From positions 1,632,001-1,696,000 of the forward strand of contig CBDFJR010000005.1 of assembly GCA_965248535.1 (NCBI GenBank): a DNA stretch of 64,000 nt, in the 5' to 3' direction. The notes under the pieces are model-generated. The model was not told the DNA's origin. It saw only the letters and a program-made list of their open reading frames with translations, and made no database searches. Source of the stretch: Phormidesmis sp. Its GTDB lineage: Bacteria > Cyanobacteriota > Cyanobacteriia > Leptolyngbyales > Leptolyngbyaceae. Positions 42,377 to 53,866 of this stretch are shown here, one piece after another. The number at the start of each line of letters is the position of its first letter. Positions within the stretch are counted from its first letter, which is position 1. Both the position numbers and the translations under genes were made by a program.

Positions 42377-43786
42377 CTAGTTTGAATTGGCAGAAGTCTT
42401 GGCGCGCTTGACAGGCTTGGGCTTGTCAGAACCACCGCCCCCGCGAGAACGAGGCGCATCGTCCACAACCGGGTCACCCCCAGAGGTCATCCAAGAAGGA
42501 CGAGTCTTGTCATAGACCATTTGCAAAGCGGCAGCCGCGATCGCATGAGGTTCAAACTCTTCAGCTAACTGGGCCACGATCGGCAAGAATGAAGCCATCC
42601 GTTCGCCCGTCAAAGCCTCGCGCACCTGACCTTGGAGCTTATCTAAGTAACGAACTTCAATTTCGGCACGAGTCGGCACGTTGCGAATCTCTAAACGCTG
42701 ACGCACATGGTTCTCAATGTCGCGCAGTTTGCGACGATCAAGCGCGTGAACCAACGAGATTGCGGTGCCCTCTTTGCCAGCGCGCCCAGTGCGACCGATG
42801 CGGTGAACATAGCTTTCAACGCTGTCGGGCAAGTCGTAGTTGATCACATGGGTGAGATCATCGACGTGAATGCCTCGTGCGGCAATATCCGTTGCCACCA
42901 CCCAACGCACCTGACGCTGACGGAACCGCAACAGCAGCCGTTCACGCTGGGTCTGGGTGAGATCACCGTGATACTCATCTACGCTATGTCCAGCAGATTG
43001 CAGTTGACTGGTCAGTTCAGCAGCAGCGCGACGAGTCCGCACAAAGATCAGAGCCGTTTCAGGATCTTCCAACTCTAAGATGGGTTGCAGTGCCCGCGCT
43101 TTCGTCCAGCCACGGGGGATCGTATAGGCCACCTGATTAATGCGATTGGGAGCGGCTTTAGGCTGCTCGATCGTCACCGTCACAGGCGATCTTAAGAACT
43201 TCGTCACCAGCTTCCGCACCGAGGGTTCCATCGTGGCAGAAAAGAACGCGGTTTGACGCTCAACTGGAGCCTGGTTCAGAATCTTTTCAACATCCTGAAT
43301 GAAGCCCATGTTCAGCATCTCATCCGCTTCGTCTAGCACCATCCAACTCAACTGGTTAAGCTTGAGGTCACCACGGCTGAGGAGGTCGATCACTCGTCCG
43401 GGTGTGCCGACGACAATTTGCGCTCCTTTGCGGAGACGAGAAATTTGCTGATCGATCGACTGGCCACCATAGATGGCTAGAACTTGGACGCGCTTGTCGT
43501 CCACAAAAGTGCGAGCTGCCTGACATACCTGCATTGCCAACTCACGAGTTGGCGTAAGGATCAGGGCTTGCACGGCCGGGTTTTTCGGGTCAATCCGCTC
43601 CAAGATGGGCAGAGAGAAGGCGGCGGTCTTGCCTGTTCCGGTTTGAGCTTGACCCACCACATCGCGACCTGCGAGTAGGTGAGGGATGGCCTGGGCTTGA
43701 ATCGCGGTCGGGGCGGCAAAGCCTAACTCTTCTAAGTTACGAACGCGAGCTTCAGAAAGTCCAAGGCTTTGGAAAGAAAGGGTCAT
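42377..43786 (-). CDS. crhR: DEAD-box RNA helicase CrhR
   Basis: AQTGTGKT, DEAD, SAT, HRIGRTGR; downstream of rimO. Confidence 0.93.
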   Translation of the reverse strand: MTLSFQSLGLSEARVRNLEELGFAAPTAIQAQAIPHLLAGRDVVGQAQTGTGKTAAFSLPILERIDPKNPAVQALILTPTRELAMQVCQAARTFVDDKRVQVLAIYGGQSIDQQISRLRKGAQIVVGTPGRVIDLLSRGDLKLNQLSWMVLDEADEMLNMGFIQDVEKILNQAPVERQTAFFSATMEPSVRKLVTKFLRSPVTVTIEQPKAAPNRINQVAYTIPRGWTKARALQPILELEDPETALIFVRTRRAAAELTSQLQSAGHSVDEYHGDLTQTQRERLLLRFRQRQVRWVVATDIAARGIHVDDLTHVINYDLPDSVESYVHRIGRTGRAGKEGTAISLVHALDRRKLRDIENHVRQRLEIRNVPTRAEIEVRYLDKLQGQVREALTGERMASFLPIVAQLAEEFEPHAIAAAALQMVYDKTRPSWMTSGGDPVVDDAPRSRGGGGSDKPKPVKRAKTSANSN

Positions 43787-43992
43787 TGAATGCTCCTAAT
43801 AGGTCAAAGGTCATGCGCCATCACTCGACGAGGGGATCAGGATGTCCTGAGAAAACTCAGGGGTGGTCAATCCTGCTGCTGACACTGGTCGGAAAAGGCG
43901 CGTCAGAAAAACGTCAGAAAGAGGTGAAAAAGAGGAGGTCGCAAACAGCGGCTCTTAAATCACGCTTGGTAAACCGTAACCATCGAAAAACC

Positions 43993-45348
43993 TCATCGAG
44001 TCGCCAGTAAGGATTTCTGCATTAGGTCTGCTGCGGTTGCAACGTGCCCATACAGGTCATAGACATCGGCATCGACGATCGCCACGGGCACAAGTGCCCC
44101 TAGCGATGCCTCACCCTGGACATACACCAGTCCATCCACCTCTGGCGAAAAGCGGGCAGACCGACCGACTAACTCACCCGTTTCCGGGTTTTCTTGCTCA
44201 ATCAAAACATCGACAACCTTGCCAATCTGCGATCGATTTCGTCTAAGAGAAATCGGTTGCTGAATCTGCATCAAGGCATCGCGACGGGCATCCATTACCG
44301 ATTGCGGCAACTGGTTGGGCAACTCGTAGGCAGGGGTTCCCTCTTCGGGGGAAAAGGTGAAGACCCCTACATGATCGAACTCGTGACGTTGAACAAATTG
44401 CAGCAAATGTTCAAACTGTTCATCGGTTTCACCGGGGAATCCCACGATGAAAGTGGTTCTCAGCACAGCATCGGGCAACGCTAATTTGATGCGCTCAATG
44501 ATGCCGTCGTTGACCCGACCCTGCCAGGGACGATTCATCGATCGAAGAATCTCTGGGTGAGAGTGCTGAAGGGGCAAGTCTAAATAGGGCAGAACGTTGG
44601 GCGTTTCTTGCATCGCCGCCATCACCTGGGGCGTTAAGCCCGTGGGGTAGGCATAGTGCATCCGAATCCAGGGGATGTCTACTTTGCCAAGGGCCCGGAT
44701 CAGGTCTGCCAGTCTGGGTTCCCCATAGATATCTAATCCATAGTTCGTGGTGATTTGAGAAATCAGGATAATTTCCCGAACGCCCTCTAGGGCAAGCTGG
44801 TGAGCTTCAGTGACGATGGACTCGATCGTGCGCGATCGTTGGTTTCCGCGCAAGTGGGGGATAATACAAAAGGCGCAACGATAGTCACAACCTTCTGCAA
44901 TTCTGAGATAAGCAACTCCCTCGGTGGTGGTGCGATAGCGGGGAGTCGTTTCGTCTGCAATATAGGTAGGTTCTTGAGAGACTTCGGTAACTCGCTCTCC
45001 TAACTCAGTGCGAGCAATCACATCTACAATTTTGTGATAATCGCCTGTTCCCACGAGTGCCACGGCTTCAGGAAGCTCGTCTAATAGCTGCTCCTGAAAG
45101 TGCTGCGCCATGCAGCCCGTGATCACAATTTTTTTGTTCGCTTCTGCTAGCTCTACAAGCGTCCGCACTGACTCTTCGCGTGCTGCTTGAATGAAGCTGC
45201 ACGTATTGACGATTACATAATCTGCGAGTTCATCGTTTGCGTCAACCTCGTAGCCTGCTTGCACTAACAAACCCAGCATGTGCTCGGTGTCAATTCTGTT
45301 TTTTTCGCAGCCTAAATGAGAGATGGCAATAGTTGGCTTGTTGCCCAT
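43993..45348 (-). CDS. rimO: ribosomal protein S12 methylthiotransferase
   Basis: LGCEKN, NTCSFI, radical [15 protein letters not shown] domain. Confidence 0.97.
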   Translation of the reverse strand: MGNKPTIAISHLGCEKNRIDTEHMLGLLVQAGYEVDANDELADYVIVNTCSFIQAAREESVRTLVELAEANKKIVITGCMAQHFQEQLLDELPEAVALVGTGDYHKIVDVIARTELGERVTEVSQEPTYIADETTPRYRTTTEGVAYLRIAEGCDYRCAFCIIPHLRGNQRSRTIESIVTEAHQLALEGVREIILISQITTNYGLDIYGEPRLADLIRALGKVDIPWIRMHYAYPTGLTPQVMAAMQETPNVLPYLDLPLQHSHPEILRSMNRPWQGRVNDGIIERIKLALPDAVLRTTFIVGFPGETDEQFEHLLQFVQRHEFDHVGVFTFSPEEGTPAYELPNQLPQSVMDARRDALMQIQQPISLRRNRSQIGKVVDVLIEQENPETGELVGRSARFSPEVDGLVYVQGEASLGALVPVAIVDADVYDLYGHVATAADLMQKSLLATR

Positions 45349-45668
45349 GAAAAACCTGATGGAATGGATAACGAAAGGTCAGTGTCGGTTTAAACCGTAG
45401 CGATCGTCGGTGCGATGGCTCTTTCCCTCGCTTCCCATCCAAAGAGCCAGATGCTTAATGGATACAGATACTCGCAATCGCTTTGCTGTCTTGATCTCAA
45501 TAATAGCGCAAAATCTAGAAATATTACGTTCTGTTAAACAGATTCTTTTTCGATCAGCCAGGGGAAATAGATTGAGGCTTCCGCTGCTCTGAATTTTGCG
45601 CCTTTCCAAGCTTAACCCCTGAACAGACGCACCCTACTCTTTCTCTCTATCCTTTTACACTTCTTAAT

Positions 45669-47102
45669 TTATCTAACCGAGAACGCTTCGCTAAATTTCT
45701 TGGTCACAGGCTCAAGCAAAAAGCTCAGAATTGATTTCTTGCGGGTCACAATCTCAGCGGCTCCCGTCATGCCAGGAGTCAGTTCAACATCTCGACCGCG
45801 GACGCTAATGGCACTTTTGTTGAGCCGAATCTTAGCCAGGAAGACCGGGCCCATCGTGCGACCGTTTTCATCTTTCTCGACGACAGCATCGGGGCTGATC
45901 TGAAGCACTTCGCCCTCGATCACGCCGAACTCTTGATAGGGAAAGGTGGCCAATTTAATTTTCGCATTCATGCCGGGACGAATGAAGCCAATATCTTGAT
46001 TAGGCACTTTGACTTCTAGAACCAGATCTTGATTTTTAGGCGAGATTGAAAGTAACTCTTCACCCTGCTGCACGGGGCCTTGAGTCACCTTAATGTTGTA
46101 GACCGTTCCATCAAAGGGCGCGGTGACAGTTTCTTTATCTGACTGCTGCTTTTTAGCGATCGCGATCTCGCCACTCTTTTTAATCAACTCTTCACGGCGT
46201 TGATTGAGTTGAGTGAGAATCTCACCCTGACGCTGCGGAGCCAAGCCCTGAGCCGTGCTTTTGGCTGAGTTAAACGCTTGCTGGGCTTGACGAATTCGAT
46301 CTTGCTGGGCTTGAGCTTCTTTGACCAGAGACGTGATTTTGTCTTCTGCATCGTTGATCTGGTTGTTAGCATTCGTGACCTGATCAACCGCGTTGAGATA
46401 GTCTAATCGGGGAACAGCATTGCTAGCAATCAGGGTGTGAAGACTTTTCTCGCGCTCTTGAGCCGTGGCGAGGTTGGCTTTGGCATTTTTTAGCGTCGTC
46501 TGAGCATTCAAAAGATTTTCTTGATATCGCTCTAGGCGGGTTTGCGCTTCGTTAATGGTCGCGATTTGCCGATTGGCTTCGGCGACTGCCCCGGCTTGCT
46601 TTTCGGTGAATTCTCGCTGGCGCGCATTCAATAACTGATCTTGAAGAGGATTTCCGCCTGAGACCGTTTGCCCTCGACTCTCTGCTTCTAGACGATTGAC
46701 ATCTTCTTGAATCTTTTGGGCATCTTTTTCTAAACTCGCGACATTGGTTTCGCTAGCTCCCGGATCGATTTCGACCAAAACCTGTCCCTTTTTGACGACG
46801 CTGCCTGTTTTGACTTTGGTTTGGGAGACGCTGCCGACCCCCAAAGCTCGAATCGGTCGCACTTCGGTTGAGGGAACCGTTTTGCCTTGGGTGATCGCCA
46901 CTTCATCAATTTGGCTAAAGTGCGCCCAAGAGATCGTGCCGATCACAATCACGCTAACCGTGCCTGCCAGGATGCGGGTGTAGAGGGGCGGCAACTCTTG
47001 AACGGCTTTGCCAAGCTCAAACGAAAGCGAATCTTCAGGGTTGGCAAGCTGCTGTTTGACTTGCTGAGACTGAGCAGGAGTGGAAGAAAGAGAAACGCGC
47101 AT
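45669..47102 (-). CDS. HlyD family type I secretion membrane fusion protein
   Basis: TM anchor, long coiled coil, APFDG, DIGFI..G, ISPDA, LTPGM. Confidence 0.92.
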   Translation of the reverse strand: MRVSLSSTPAQSQQVKQQLANPEDSLSFELGKAVQELPPLYTRILAGTVSVIVIGTISWAHFSQIDEVAITQGKTVPSTEVRPIRALGVGSVSQTKVKTGSVVKKGQVLVEIDPGASETNVASLEKDAQKIQEDVNRLEAESRGQTVSGGNPLQDQLLNARQREFTEKQAGAVAEANRQIATINEAQTRLERYQENLLNAQTTLKNAKANLATAQEREKSLHTLIASNAVPRLDYLNAVDQVTNANNQINDAEDKITSLVKEAQAQQDRIRQAQQAFNSAKSTAQGLAPQRQGEILTQLNQRREELIKKSGEIAIAKKQQSDKETVTAPFDGTVYNIKVTQGPVQQGEELLSISPKNQDLVLEVKVPNQDIGFIRPGMNAKIKLATFPYQEFGVIEGEVLQISPDAVVEKDENGRTMGPVFLAKIRLNKSAISVRGRDVELTPGMTGAAEIVTRKKSILSFLLEPVTKKFSEAFSVR

Positions 47103-47298
47103 AAGTCTTTCGTTGTTCGGGGGCAGAGATCAAGAGTCAACCGTATACTGGCTTTAACGATAGTCGATCGGACTGGGAATCTATCAGGGGCTACAGTAAT
47201 GTAATGAGATTTGAATAACCCTTAAGCAAGGCGACGATCGGCGACACGGCGCTTAAGATAGCTCCAGAATGCCCACCTCTGTCAAGGGTGACACATCT

Positions 47299-47580
47299 GT
47301 GTTTCAACTTCTTTATCCGCTGGTTCATACCATCCAACCGTTTTTGGTGCCCATTTGCTTTGTGGTTGCTTGGTTGTTTGTGATTCTCACCGTCTGGAGT
47401 TTGGTTTCAACGGTGTTTGACGGGTTAGGCAGAGCTAGACAGATGCACCAAATTCCTTGTGCAACCTGTCAATATTTTACGGGTGATTATGTGCTGAAGT
47501 GCACCGTTCACCCCTCGATCGCGCTCTCCGAAGAAGCGATTCACTGCCCTGATTATCACCCTAATCCTCATCTCTATTAG
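47299..47580 (+). CDS. hypothetical membrane protein with Cys motif
   Basis: HQIPCATCQYFT..LKCTVHP..C.DY. Confidence 0.82.
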   Translation: MFQLLYPLVHTIQPFLVPICFVVAWLFVILTVWSLVSTVFDGLGRARQMHQIPCATCQYFTGDYVLKCTVHPSIALSEEAIHCPDYHPNPHLY

Positions 47581-47631
47581 GATTCTCTATTAGGATTTTA
47601 GAGAAGAATTTAGAATTGTGGAGATCGTGTG

Positions 47632-47994
47632 ATGTTGGTGCAAAAACTCAGTCATTGTCCAGAGTTTGTGGCCGGAGACGGGACGCTGCTGCGCGAATTG
47701 TTTCACCCTGACAAGCAGTCGCTGGATTTGAGATATAGCTTGGCGCAGGCGATCGTGCCAGTCGGAAAAACCTCGATTCCCCACGCGCTAGCCACGTCTG
47801 AGGTTTACTATATTCTCGCGGGTGAGGGAGAAATGCACATTTACAACGAAACCCAGACCGTAGGAACCGGGGATGCCATTTATATTCCGCCGGGGGCAAC
47901 ACAGTTTATCCGTAACAGTGGCGATGAGCCGCTGGTTTTTATCTGTATTGTTGATCCTGCTTGGCGCAAGGAAGACGAGACGGTCTACCCGTGA
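47632..47994 (+). CDS. cupin domain protein
   Basis: PHAL..SEVYYIL.GEG, IYIPPG. Confidence 0.9.
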   Translation: MLVQKLSHCPEFVAGDGTLLRELFHPDKQSLDLRYSLAQAIVPVGKTSIPHALATSEVYYILAGEGEMHIYNETQTVGTGDAIYIPPGATQFIRNSGDEPLVFICIVDPAWRKEDETVYP

Positions 47995-48037
47995 ACGATC
48001 GTAGGGTGAAGACGTTAATCTCCACCCCAGACGATCG

Positions 48038-48352
48038 TTAGTCTGGGTTTGACTCTGGGTAGTGACGCTTAGGAAGCTGTTCGGCTTCAGGGCAATCGTC
48101 TGAAACCAGAGGATCGACATTTCCTTTCGGCACAGAGGCAAGCTTTTGAGTAACTGCCCCAATGCTTTCTAGACGCACCATCTCTTCCCAAGAGCAGTTT
48201 TCGTCATCTTCTTCGGTCTCATAACGCAACGTGACTAGATCGCCTTCGATATCTAGAATCTTGGCACGCTCAATCCAGCGTTGCTGATCCCGCAAGAAAA
48301 TCCAGACTTCTCGACCATCGCAACAGAGTTGATAGATCTTGCGGTGTAGCAT
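48038..48352 (-). CDS. small acidic hypothetical protein (DUF6679-like)
   Basis: MLHRKIYQLC..; AGGAG RBS upstream. Confidence 0.82.
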   Translation of the reverse strand: MLHRKIYQLCCDGREVWIFLRDQQRWIERAKILDIEGDLVTLRYETEEDDENCSWEEMVRLESIGAVTQKLASVPKGNVDPLVSDDCPEAEQLPKRHYPESNPD

Positions 48353-48927
48353 ATATTGCTTCTCCTGAGCAAATGACTCTTAAAACTGCACATTGAAACT
48401 GCGCTTCCCTAGACGTGAGGGTGACAATGTTCTTCAAACCTGGCAAGGAAGCCCTAAGTCTCCTTGATGGATGCACCAGGCTAAATTTTTCTGCTGAAAG
48501 AGAATCACTGGCTTTGGTACAAACTTTCTACTCATGTTAACAGGCTAACGTCAGAGAGGACAGGGGAGGTTCTAACCAAGGGGTGCTTTGACGGGGGATC
48601 ACAAGAAAGTCTGCCCAGTTAAAAGGAGAGTTGCGATCGCCATCATTTATTGAAAGTCAGAAAAGGTTAACGTAGCTCAATTTAATAACGTGCAGGGGGT
48701 GAATCAAAAGAGCAACGGTTGGTCAGACGGGTGAAAAGCACAGGCAGATCGGCATCGGTCAAAAGCTTGAGGGGGGGCATTGATGACAACCATTATGCAA
48801 AGCGTTCCCATGGGTTTGTGAGCCTTTCAAGGTCTTGCTAAGTTAACTGCCTTTAAGTATCGAATTGTACCAACTATTCTAGCCATTGTTAAGCAGAGTG
48901 ACTAAATGAATTGACGAATTTTGAAAT

Positions 48928-50463
48928 CTAAGGAAGCCAGCGGGGATGAAAGCCGGGCATGGGTAGGGCTTCAGGCTGAACTTTAGCGGTTAAATTGCCG
49001 TTGAGGGGCAAAAGCCAGAGACGACTATTGGCGACTGATTTGCCGTCGGGCGATCGGGCTTCTCCATCCGTCTGATCAAAGAGCAGCGCTAACCCATCGG
49101 GGGCCAGGCTCACTTGAATATCTCGCTGTTTGGGCAGCAGCACCATGGGGTGCAGGGCCTTGTCTGGGCCGCCTGGGGTCACGGCAGTTTTGAGGTCGAT
49201 CGCAGCTAGATAGGGCTGTTCTTGATAGGTGGCACCCGGCAAAAGATTAGTCAGCAGACAGTAAAGAATTTGCTCGGTGGGGTCAAACTGAGCGCTAACG
49301 ATCGAGCCTGTGGTTTTAAAGATTTCTTTGGGGTCTCCTTGATTAGTGACGAGAAACAGCGATCGGGTGTAATCGGTGTTGAATTTGACCATGGCAGCGC
49401 TAGAGCCATCTTTAGAGAAACTCAGCACCGTGCCAAACTTGGGTAAAAAGTCTAGCGGGTCAGCTTGGGGTCGCAGGGGAATGAGGGCGAGTCCTTGGCC
49501 TTGGGCGATCGCGAGGGATGAACTGTCAGGCGTAATTAAAAACTCACCTCCGGGCTGCTTGTTGTCTAGCGGCTGGGGCGCAGAGCCTGGGCGGAGCATC
49601 CACGGGCCAAAATCATTGGGGTTTTTGCGGTTGACGCGCTGCACGACGATCACATTTCCATCAGCCGATAGATCAAATTTGAGATTTTGATAATCTTGAT
49701 TGTCTAGAACACGATCGATTTGCCCAGAGGCTTGACTAGGCGAGGGTTTAACTGAGTTAAAGAAATCCCAATCAGACTTTTGAACGTCAGTGGGTTGGGC
49801 TGGAGCTTCAATCGAGAGTCCGGTTGTCACGGTGTAAAGCTGTTGATCGACTAACGTCTGGGCGGGATTGGCACGATCGAGAGCAGAAAAAAGAATGCGA
49901 TCGCTTTGGGCATAGGGTTTAAAGTCCATGACCACCAGATTTTGGGGAGTCAGGATTTTTTTCTCTTGCTTGGTCAAGTTGAAGAGCATCAACCGCCCCG
50001 CTTCGTCGCCGTCAACCCCTATGTAGGCAAAAGACCGATCGCGGCTCTGAAAGTTGCCAATAAAGGGCTGAAGGCTGGCGCGGTCAGCCCCCTCTTGAGC
50101 AAACCGATCTTGGGCATTTTGCAGCTTCACCTTGAAGGACGTGCCGTAGGGCGCAGGCGCATTCAGGGTATAGGCCATTCGTCGCCCGGCCCAGCTAGTC
50201 TTTCCGGGCAGAGACGGCTCGATTTGCAGGTTTTGCTCAACGCTGGGGTGATCCATCGGGCGGCTAAACGTCAGCACAAACGCACTGTCGTCTGAGCCAA
50301 CTTGCTTGTTTTGCCAATTAAAATCACGGACTCGTGGGGCACTGCGATCGCCGCTTAACAACAGCAGCCCAATCACCACGCTCAAAATTGCCATGACAAA
50401 CAGCGCGGCACGATCGAGCGGTTGAAAAAACTGCCTAGACGGAGCGGTGGGCGTAGGTTGCAT
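48928..50463 (-). CDS. Ig-like (Big_5) domain and beta-propeller membrane-anchored protein
   Basis: TM anchor, LTFSRPMD, propeller-like repeats, terminal PRWLP. Confidence 0.85.
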   Translation of the reverse strand: MQPTPTAPSRQFFQPLDRAALFVMAILSVVIGLLLLSGDRSAPRVRDFNWQNKQVGSDDSAFVLTFSRPMDHPSVEQNLQIEPSLPGKTSWAGRRMAYTLNAPAPYGTSFKVKLQNAQDRFAQEGADRASLQPFIGNFQSRDRSFAYIGVDGDEAGRLMLFNLTKQEKKILTPQNLVVMDFKPYAQSDRILFSALDRANPAQTLVDQQLYTVTTGLSIEAPAQPTDVQKSDWDFFNSVKPSPSQASGQIDRVLDNQDYQNLKFDLSADGNVIVVQRVNRKNPNDFGPWMLRPGSAPQPLDNKQPGGEFLITPDSSSLAIAQGQGLALIPLRPQADPLDFLPKFGTVLSFSKDGSSAAMVKFNTDYTRSLFLVTNQGDPKEIFKTTGSIVSAQFDPTEQILYCLLTNLLPGATYQEQPYLAAIDLKTAVTPGGPDKALHPMVLLPKQRDIQVSLAPDGLALLFDQTDGEARSPDGKSVANSRLWLLPLNGNLTAKVQPEALPMPGFHPRWLP

Positions 50464-50502
50464 AGTCAATTTTGATCAAAGGCTTAAGCATTTCAGTCTA
50501 GA

Positions 50503-50718
50503 TTACTGCAAATCGTTGGCGGGCAGAGTTAACCCCAATCGCTGCTGAAGCGCGTGAATCACCTCTTCGCTGGTCTGGGGGTCTAAAATTCTTAAATCTT
50601 CTTCGGTGTAATTCATCAAATCACCGATCGTTTGAATTTGAGTGCGTTTGAGGGAGCCAAGAGCCTTCATTGAAAGCTGAAGATCTTCAATGGGCTGGCG
50701 ATCGAGCGCGTTGTTCAT
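50503..50718 (-). CDS. stand-alone RNA polymerase alpha subunit C-terminal domain protein
   Basis: PIEDLQLS..A..SLKR.QI..IGDL..Y.EEDL...SEEVI.ALQQRLG.TLP closely parallels cyanobacterial RpoA CTD. Confidence 0.85.
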   Translation of the reverse strand: MNNALDRQPIEDLQLSMKALGSLKRTQIQTIGDLMNYTEEDLRILDPQTSEEVIHALQQRLGLTLPANDLQ

Positions 50719-50918
50719 AGCTCTAAAGATTAAGTGATAAGAGTTTTGAATTCTAGGAGAGAACCCTGCTGAAAAAAGGACTGGCTTGATCTCGCCCATC
50801 GCATATTTAATCACTCAACTTGATTGTCCTCAAGCTTATGCGGGAACTCTAGAGATTAATCGCGCTCCACAAAGCGAGTCAGCAAGCCCCCTTTGAACTT
50901 GTTCTAAGAGATCTGCTC

Positions 50919-51584
50919 ATGAATTTAGAGTCCAACGCGCCAGAGCTTTCTAACCCTTCAGCGCACAAAATTTTATCCCTAGAGTCTCAAGAGCGCCCGA
51001 TCGTAGAAGTTGCGAAGCAAGCCTTTTGGAGTGATCAAGAGTCGGATCATGATGAGAGCATTCCTGCTAAGGCGCAAACCTTGTTACTCAACGGTAGACC
51101 CATTCCTGAAGCTGATTTTCCGCGTTTATCGTCTCCAGAGAGAAAGCTGAAATACGTTCAAGGGGTCGCGCAGTCGGGGCAAGTTTATTTGCTCACCAAT
51201 CTGCTGCAAGACCAATCCCAAACGCTCTTTCAGTCTCAAACCGTCTGGACGATCGGACGACATCGTGGGGCTGCCCTGTCTCTCAGCGATCGTAAACTGT
51301 CTCGCCGCCACGCCGTGATTCTCCACGATGCAGAAGGATTTTATCTGATCGATCTCAATAGCCTAAACGGCTCGTATGTAAACGGCGATCGGGTGCAGCA
51401 GCGTCATCTTTTGGGCGATGGCGATCGGGTGTGTTTAGGCAGCGTCGAGTTTTTCTTTTTCGTCAGTCAACAGAGACACTCTTTAGAGCCGATTCACCCA
51501 GAAGTGCTGTCTCGCCTACACAATCTAAAGTCGCGCTCTACGTCGTTTGCTGACTATTCAGACGAACAGCAAAAGAAGATTTAA
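50919..51584 (+). CDS. FHA domain protein
   Basis: WTIGR, LSRRHA, DLNSLNGSYVNG, LGDGD. Confidence 0.9.
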   Translation: MNLESNAPELSNPSAHKILSLESQERPIVEVAKQAFWSDQESDHDESIPAKAQTLLLNGRPIPEADFPRLSSPERKLKYVQGVAQSGQVYLLTNLLQDQSQTLFQSQTVWTIGRHRGAALSLSDRKLSRRHAVILHDAEGFYLIDLNSLNGSYVNGDRVQQRHLLGDGDRVCLGSVEFFFFVSQQRHSLEPIHPEVLSRLHNLKSRSTSFADYSDEQQKKI

Positions 51585-51592
51585 ACAAGACG

Positions 51593-51625
51593 CTGTAGAG
51601 ACGCTTTGTGAGAACCTCTCTACAG
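51593..51625. repeat. GTAG-type REP-like palindrome
   Basis: CTGTAGAGA ... TCTCTACAG between convergent genes. Confidence 0.65.
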
Positions 51626-51660
51626 ATTAGCCAACTAGGACAGGAGATAGAAAGCGATCG

Positions 51661-52680
51661 CTAGATCAGCAGCGGGCGGAAGCCATGCTTCACCGAGGCC
51701 TCACCAATTTGCTCCATCTTTTCAACCGTGATGTGGTTGCGCCCCCACGAAAAGTTGGTGTGCCATTTCTCAAACTCCAGCAGCATCGACTCAGCGAAAC
51801 AGGCAAACAACTGGCGAGCGGGCACGTCCATGTTAACGATGCTCATAATCCGCCAGTCGATGTCGAGCGAGTGTTCTACAATGCCACCATTGAGAACGTG
51901 CACCCCCTCATGCTGCACCTTTGTGCCCAGGTTTTTAGGATAGCCGCCATCAATCAGCAAACAGGGCTGCTTAAGAACTGCCGGATTGATCTCAACCCCT
52001 TTGGGCATACTGGCAACCCAGACAATAATGTCTGCTTGGGGCAGGGCTTCTTCTAGCCCCATAATTTTGCCGCGACCGAGTTCGGCTTGCAGATTTTGCA
52101 GGCGTTCTTGGTTGCGAGCAATAAGCAGCAGTTCGGCCACGTCGGTGCGTTTGTCTAGCCAACGGCAAACTGCGCTGCCGATGTCGCCCGTTGCCCCACA
52201 GACTGCAACCGTAGCTTCTGACAGGTTGATCCCCAATTGTTGAGCAGCTTGCTCGACTTGACGGCAGATAATATAGGCTGTGTGGGTGTTGCCCGTGGTA
52301 AATCGCTCAAACTCCAGCATGACATTGCGGACTTGGCGAATCTGACTCAAATTGAAGTTTTCAAAAATAATTGATGAAAAGCCGCCTAGGGCGGTGATGT
52401 TAATGCCGTGTTTTTGGGCGTGGGCCATCGCATTGATAATTTTGCGAGTGGCGGCCTTGATTCGGCGGGTTGCTAGCATTTCGGGCAGGAAACAAGACTC
52501 GACGTATCGGCCTTCGATCGTTTGCCCAGTAATACTGGTAACGGTGATGTTATCCACAATCTGCGGAGGAGCGCTGCACCAAAAATCCAACCCTTGGTCG
52601 GCGTATTCGGGATAGCCCAACTCTCTAGCGACTGATTGAGCGTGCTCTAGACTCGTGAGATGACCAATTAAACCAAACAT
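51661..52680 (-). CDS. aar: long-chain acyl-ACP reductase (alkane synthesis)
   Basis: [35 protein letters not shown]. Confidence 0.96.
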   Translation of the reverse strand: MFGLIGHLTSLEHAQSVARELGYPEYADQGLDFWCSAPPQIVDNITVTSITGQTIEGRYVESCFLPEMLATRRIKAATRKIINAMAHAQKHGINITALGGFSSIIFENFNLSQIRQVRNVMLEFERFTTGNTHTAYIICRQVEQAAQQLGINLSEATVAVCGATGDIGSAVCRWLDKRTDVAELLLIARNQERLQNLQAELGRGKIMGLEEALPQADIIVWVASMPKGVEINPAVLKQPCLLIDGGYPKNLGTKVQHEGVHVLNGGIVEHSLDIDWRIMSIVNMDVPARQLFACFAESMLLEFEKWHTNFSWGRNHITVEKMEQIGEASVKHGFRPLLI

Positions 52681-52896
52681 CGACAAATATATAGGTAGCC
52701 TACGGGTAAGGCTGAGATGAAGTGGATATTGAAGAAGGTTTCTGACTTCAAGAGTCAGAGGGTTTGAAACTGTGAATTCAGCGCTGTCGGTGGCTTGCGA
52801 TGATAGTGGGCACGGCAATGCCATGCCCTCACCCAAACCTCGACTTTAGTAATTCCCAATTTTTAGGCTCTGTCTAACCCTTGAAACCTGAAACGT

Positions 52897-53592
52897 TTAG
52901 ACGGTTGCTAACCCGTAGGCTGACATTCGCATGATGTCGCGGGTGGTGAACCCAATGTTGCTGAGAGCCTCGCCGTATTGGATCATGAAATCTTCGACCA
53001 GGGCTTCGCGCTCCATGCCAAGAACTTTGGCATCGACATCAACCTGGTTGAGCATCTTCCAAACGATCGGGAGATTGGCGCGGTTGGCTTCTTCAAGCTC
53101 GGCTTTTGAGGTTTCAAAGTTGGCTTTGAGCCACTCTTCGCCAAAATTGAGGTGCAGGTATTCATCTTTGACAACCCCTTCGGTGATCTTGCGGGCGAAG
53201 TCATCGGCGACGGGGATATAGATGTTGTAGGCGGCGATCGCAAAGCACTCAATGATCAAAGACTGAATCAGCAGGCAGGTGACAATCTTATTTTCTGCTG
53301 CCGCCGTTTGAAAATTCTCGTGTAGCGGAGAGAAAAACTGACGGGCAAACTCCATATCTGGAGTCACTTTAAGATTGCGACCACAGGCTTCAAACCCTTT
53401 TTTGTGACGGCTCTCCATTTTTGCCAAGCCGACGAGTTGGTCTTTTTGGTCAGGAATCAGCCCGCCCAAGCTGTGATAGTTTTCGTGGGCTTCTTGCTCG
53501 CCCTCAATCACGATCGCGTTGATGCGGCTATAAGCGTCTTTATAGGTTTCGCTCTGGAAGTCAATGTCTTGAATCGCCTCAAGTTGGGGCAT
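52897..53592 (-). CDS. ado: aldehyde-deformylating oxygenase
   Basis: [19 protein letters not shown], ExxH di-iron motifs. Confidence 0.97.
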   Translation of the reverse strand: MPQLEAIQDIDFQSETYKDAYSRINAIVIEGEQEAHENYHSLGGLIPDQKDQLVGLAKMESRHKKGFEACGRNLKVTPDMEFARQFFSPLHENFQTAAAENKIVTCLLIQSLIIECFAIAAYNIYIPVADDFARKITEGVVKDEYLHLNFGEEWLKANFETSKAELEEANRANLPIVWKMLNQVDVDAKVLGMEREALVEDFMIQYGEALSNIGFTTRDIMRMSAYGLATV

Positions 53593-53866
53593 AAAACAGT
53601 AGTCTCCTGGTCATGAATACGTCGTCACAGATCGATCCGGGCTTTGAAATTGAGGAAAAGGGGTCGCTCAACGGGTTGAACGTCTAATCTACACTTTACC
53701 GTCTCTCGTCAAGGATGAAGATGAGAATCATTAAATTCTGCTCCATTTTGTACGGTTGGGGGCTAAAATGCCAGATTCTTAGTTCTGTGTCATTCAGCGT
53801 TAGTGTAGCCTGTGCAGATATCGTTTTTCTAGAGAGAAGTGGTCTATCTATCCTCTACTGAGCAGA

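Noticed and set aside
51661..53592. ado-aar alkane pathway as a novelty
   Set aside because: Well-known standard cyanobacterial gene pair; listed as features only.
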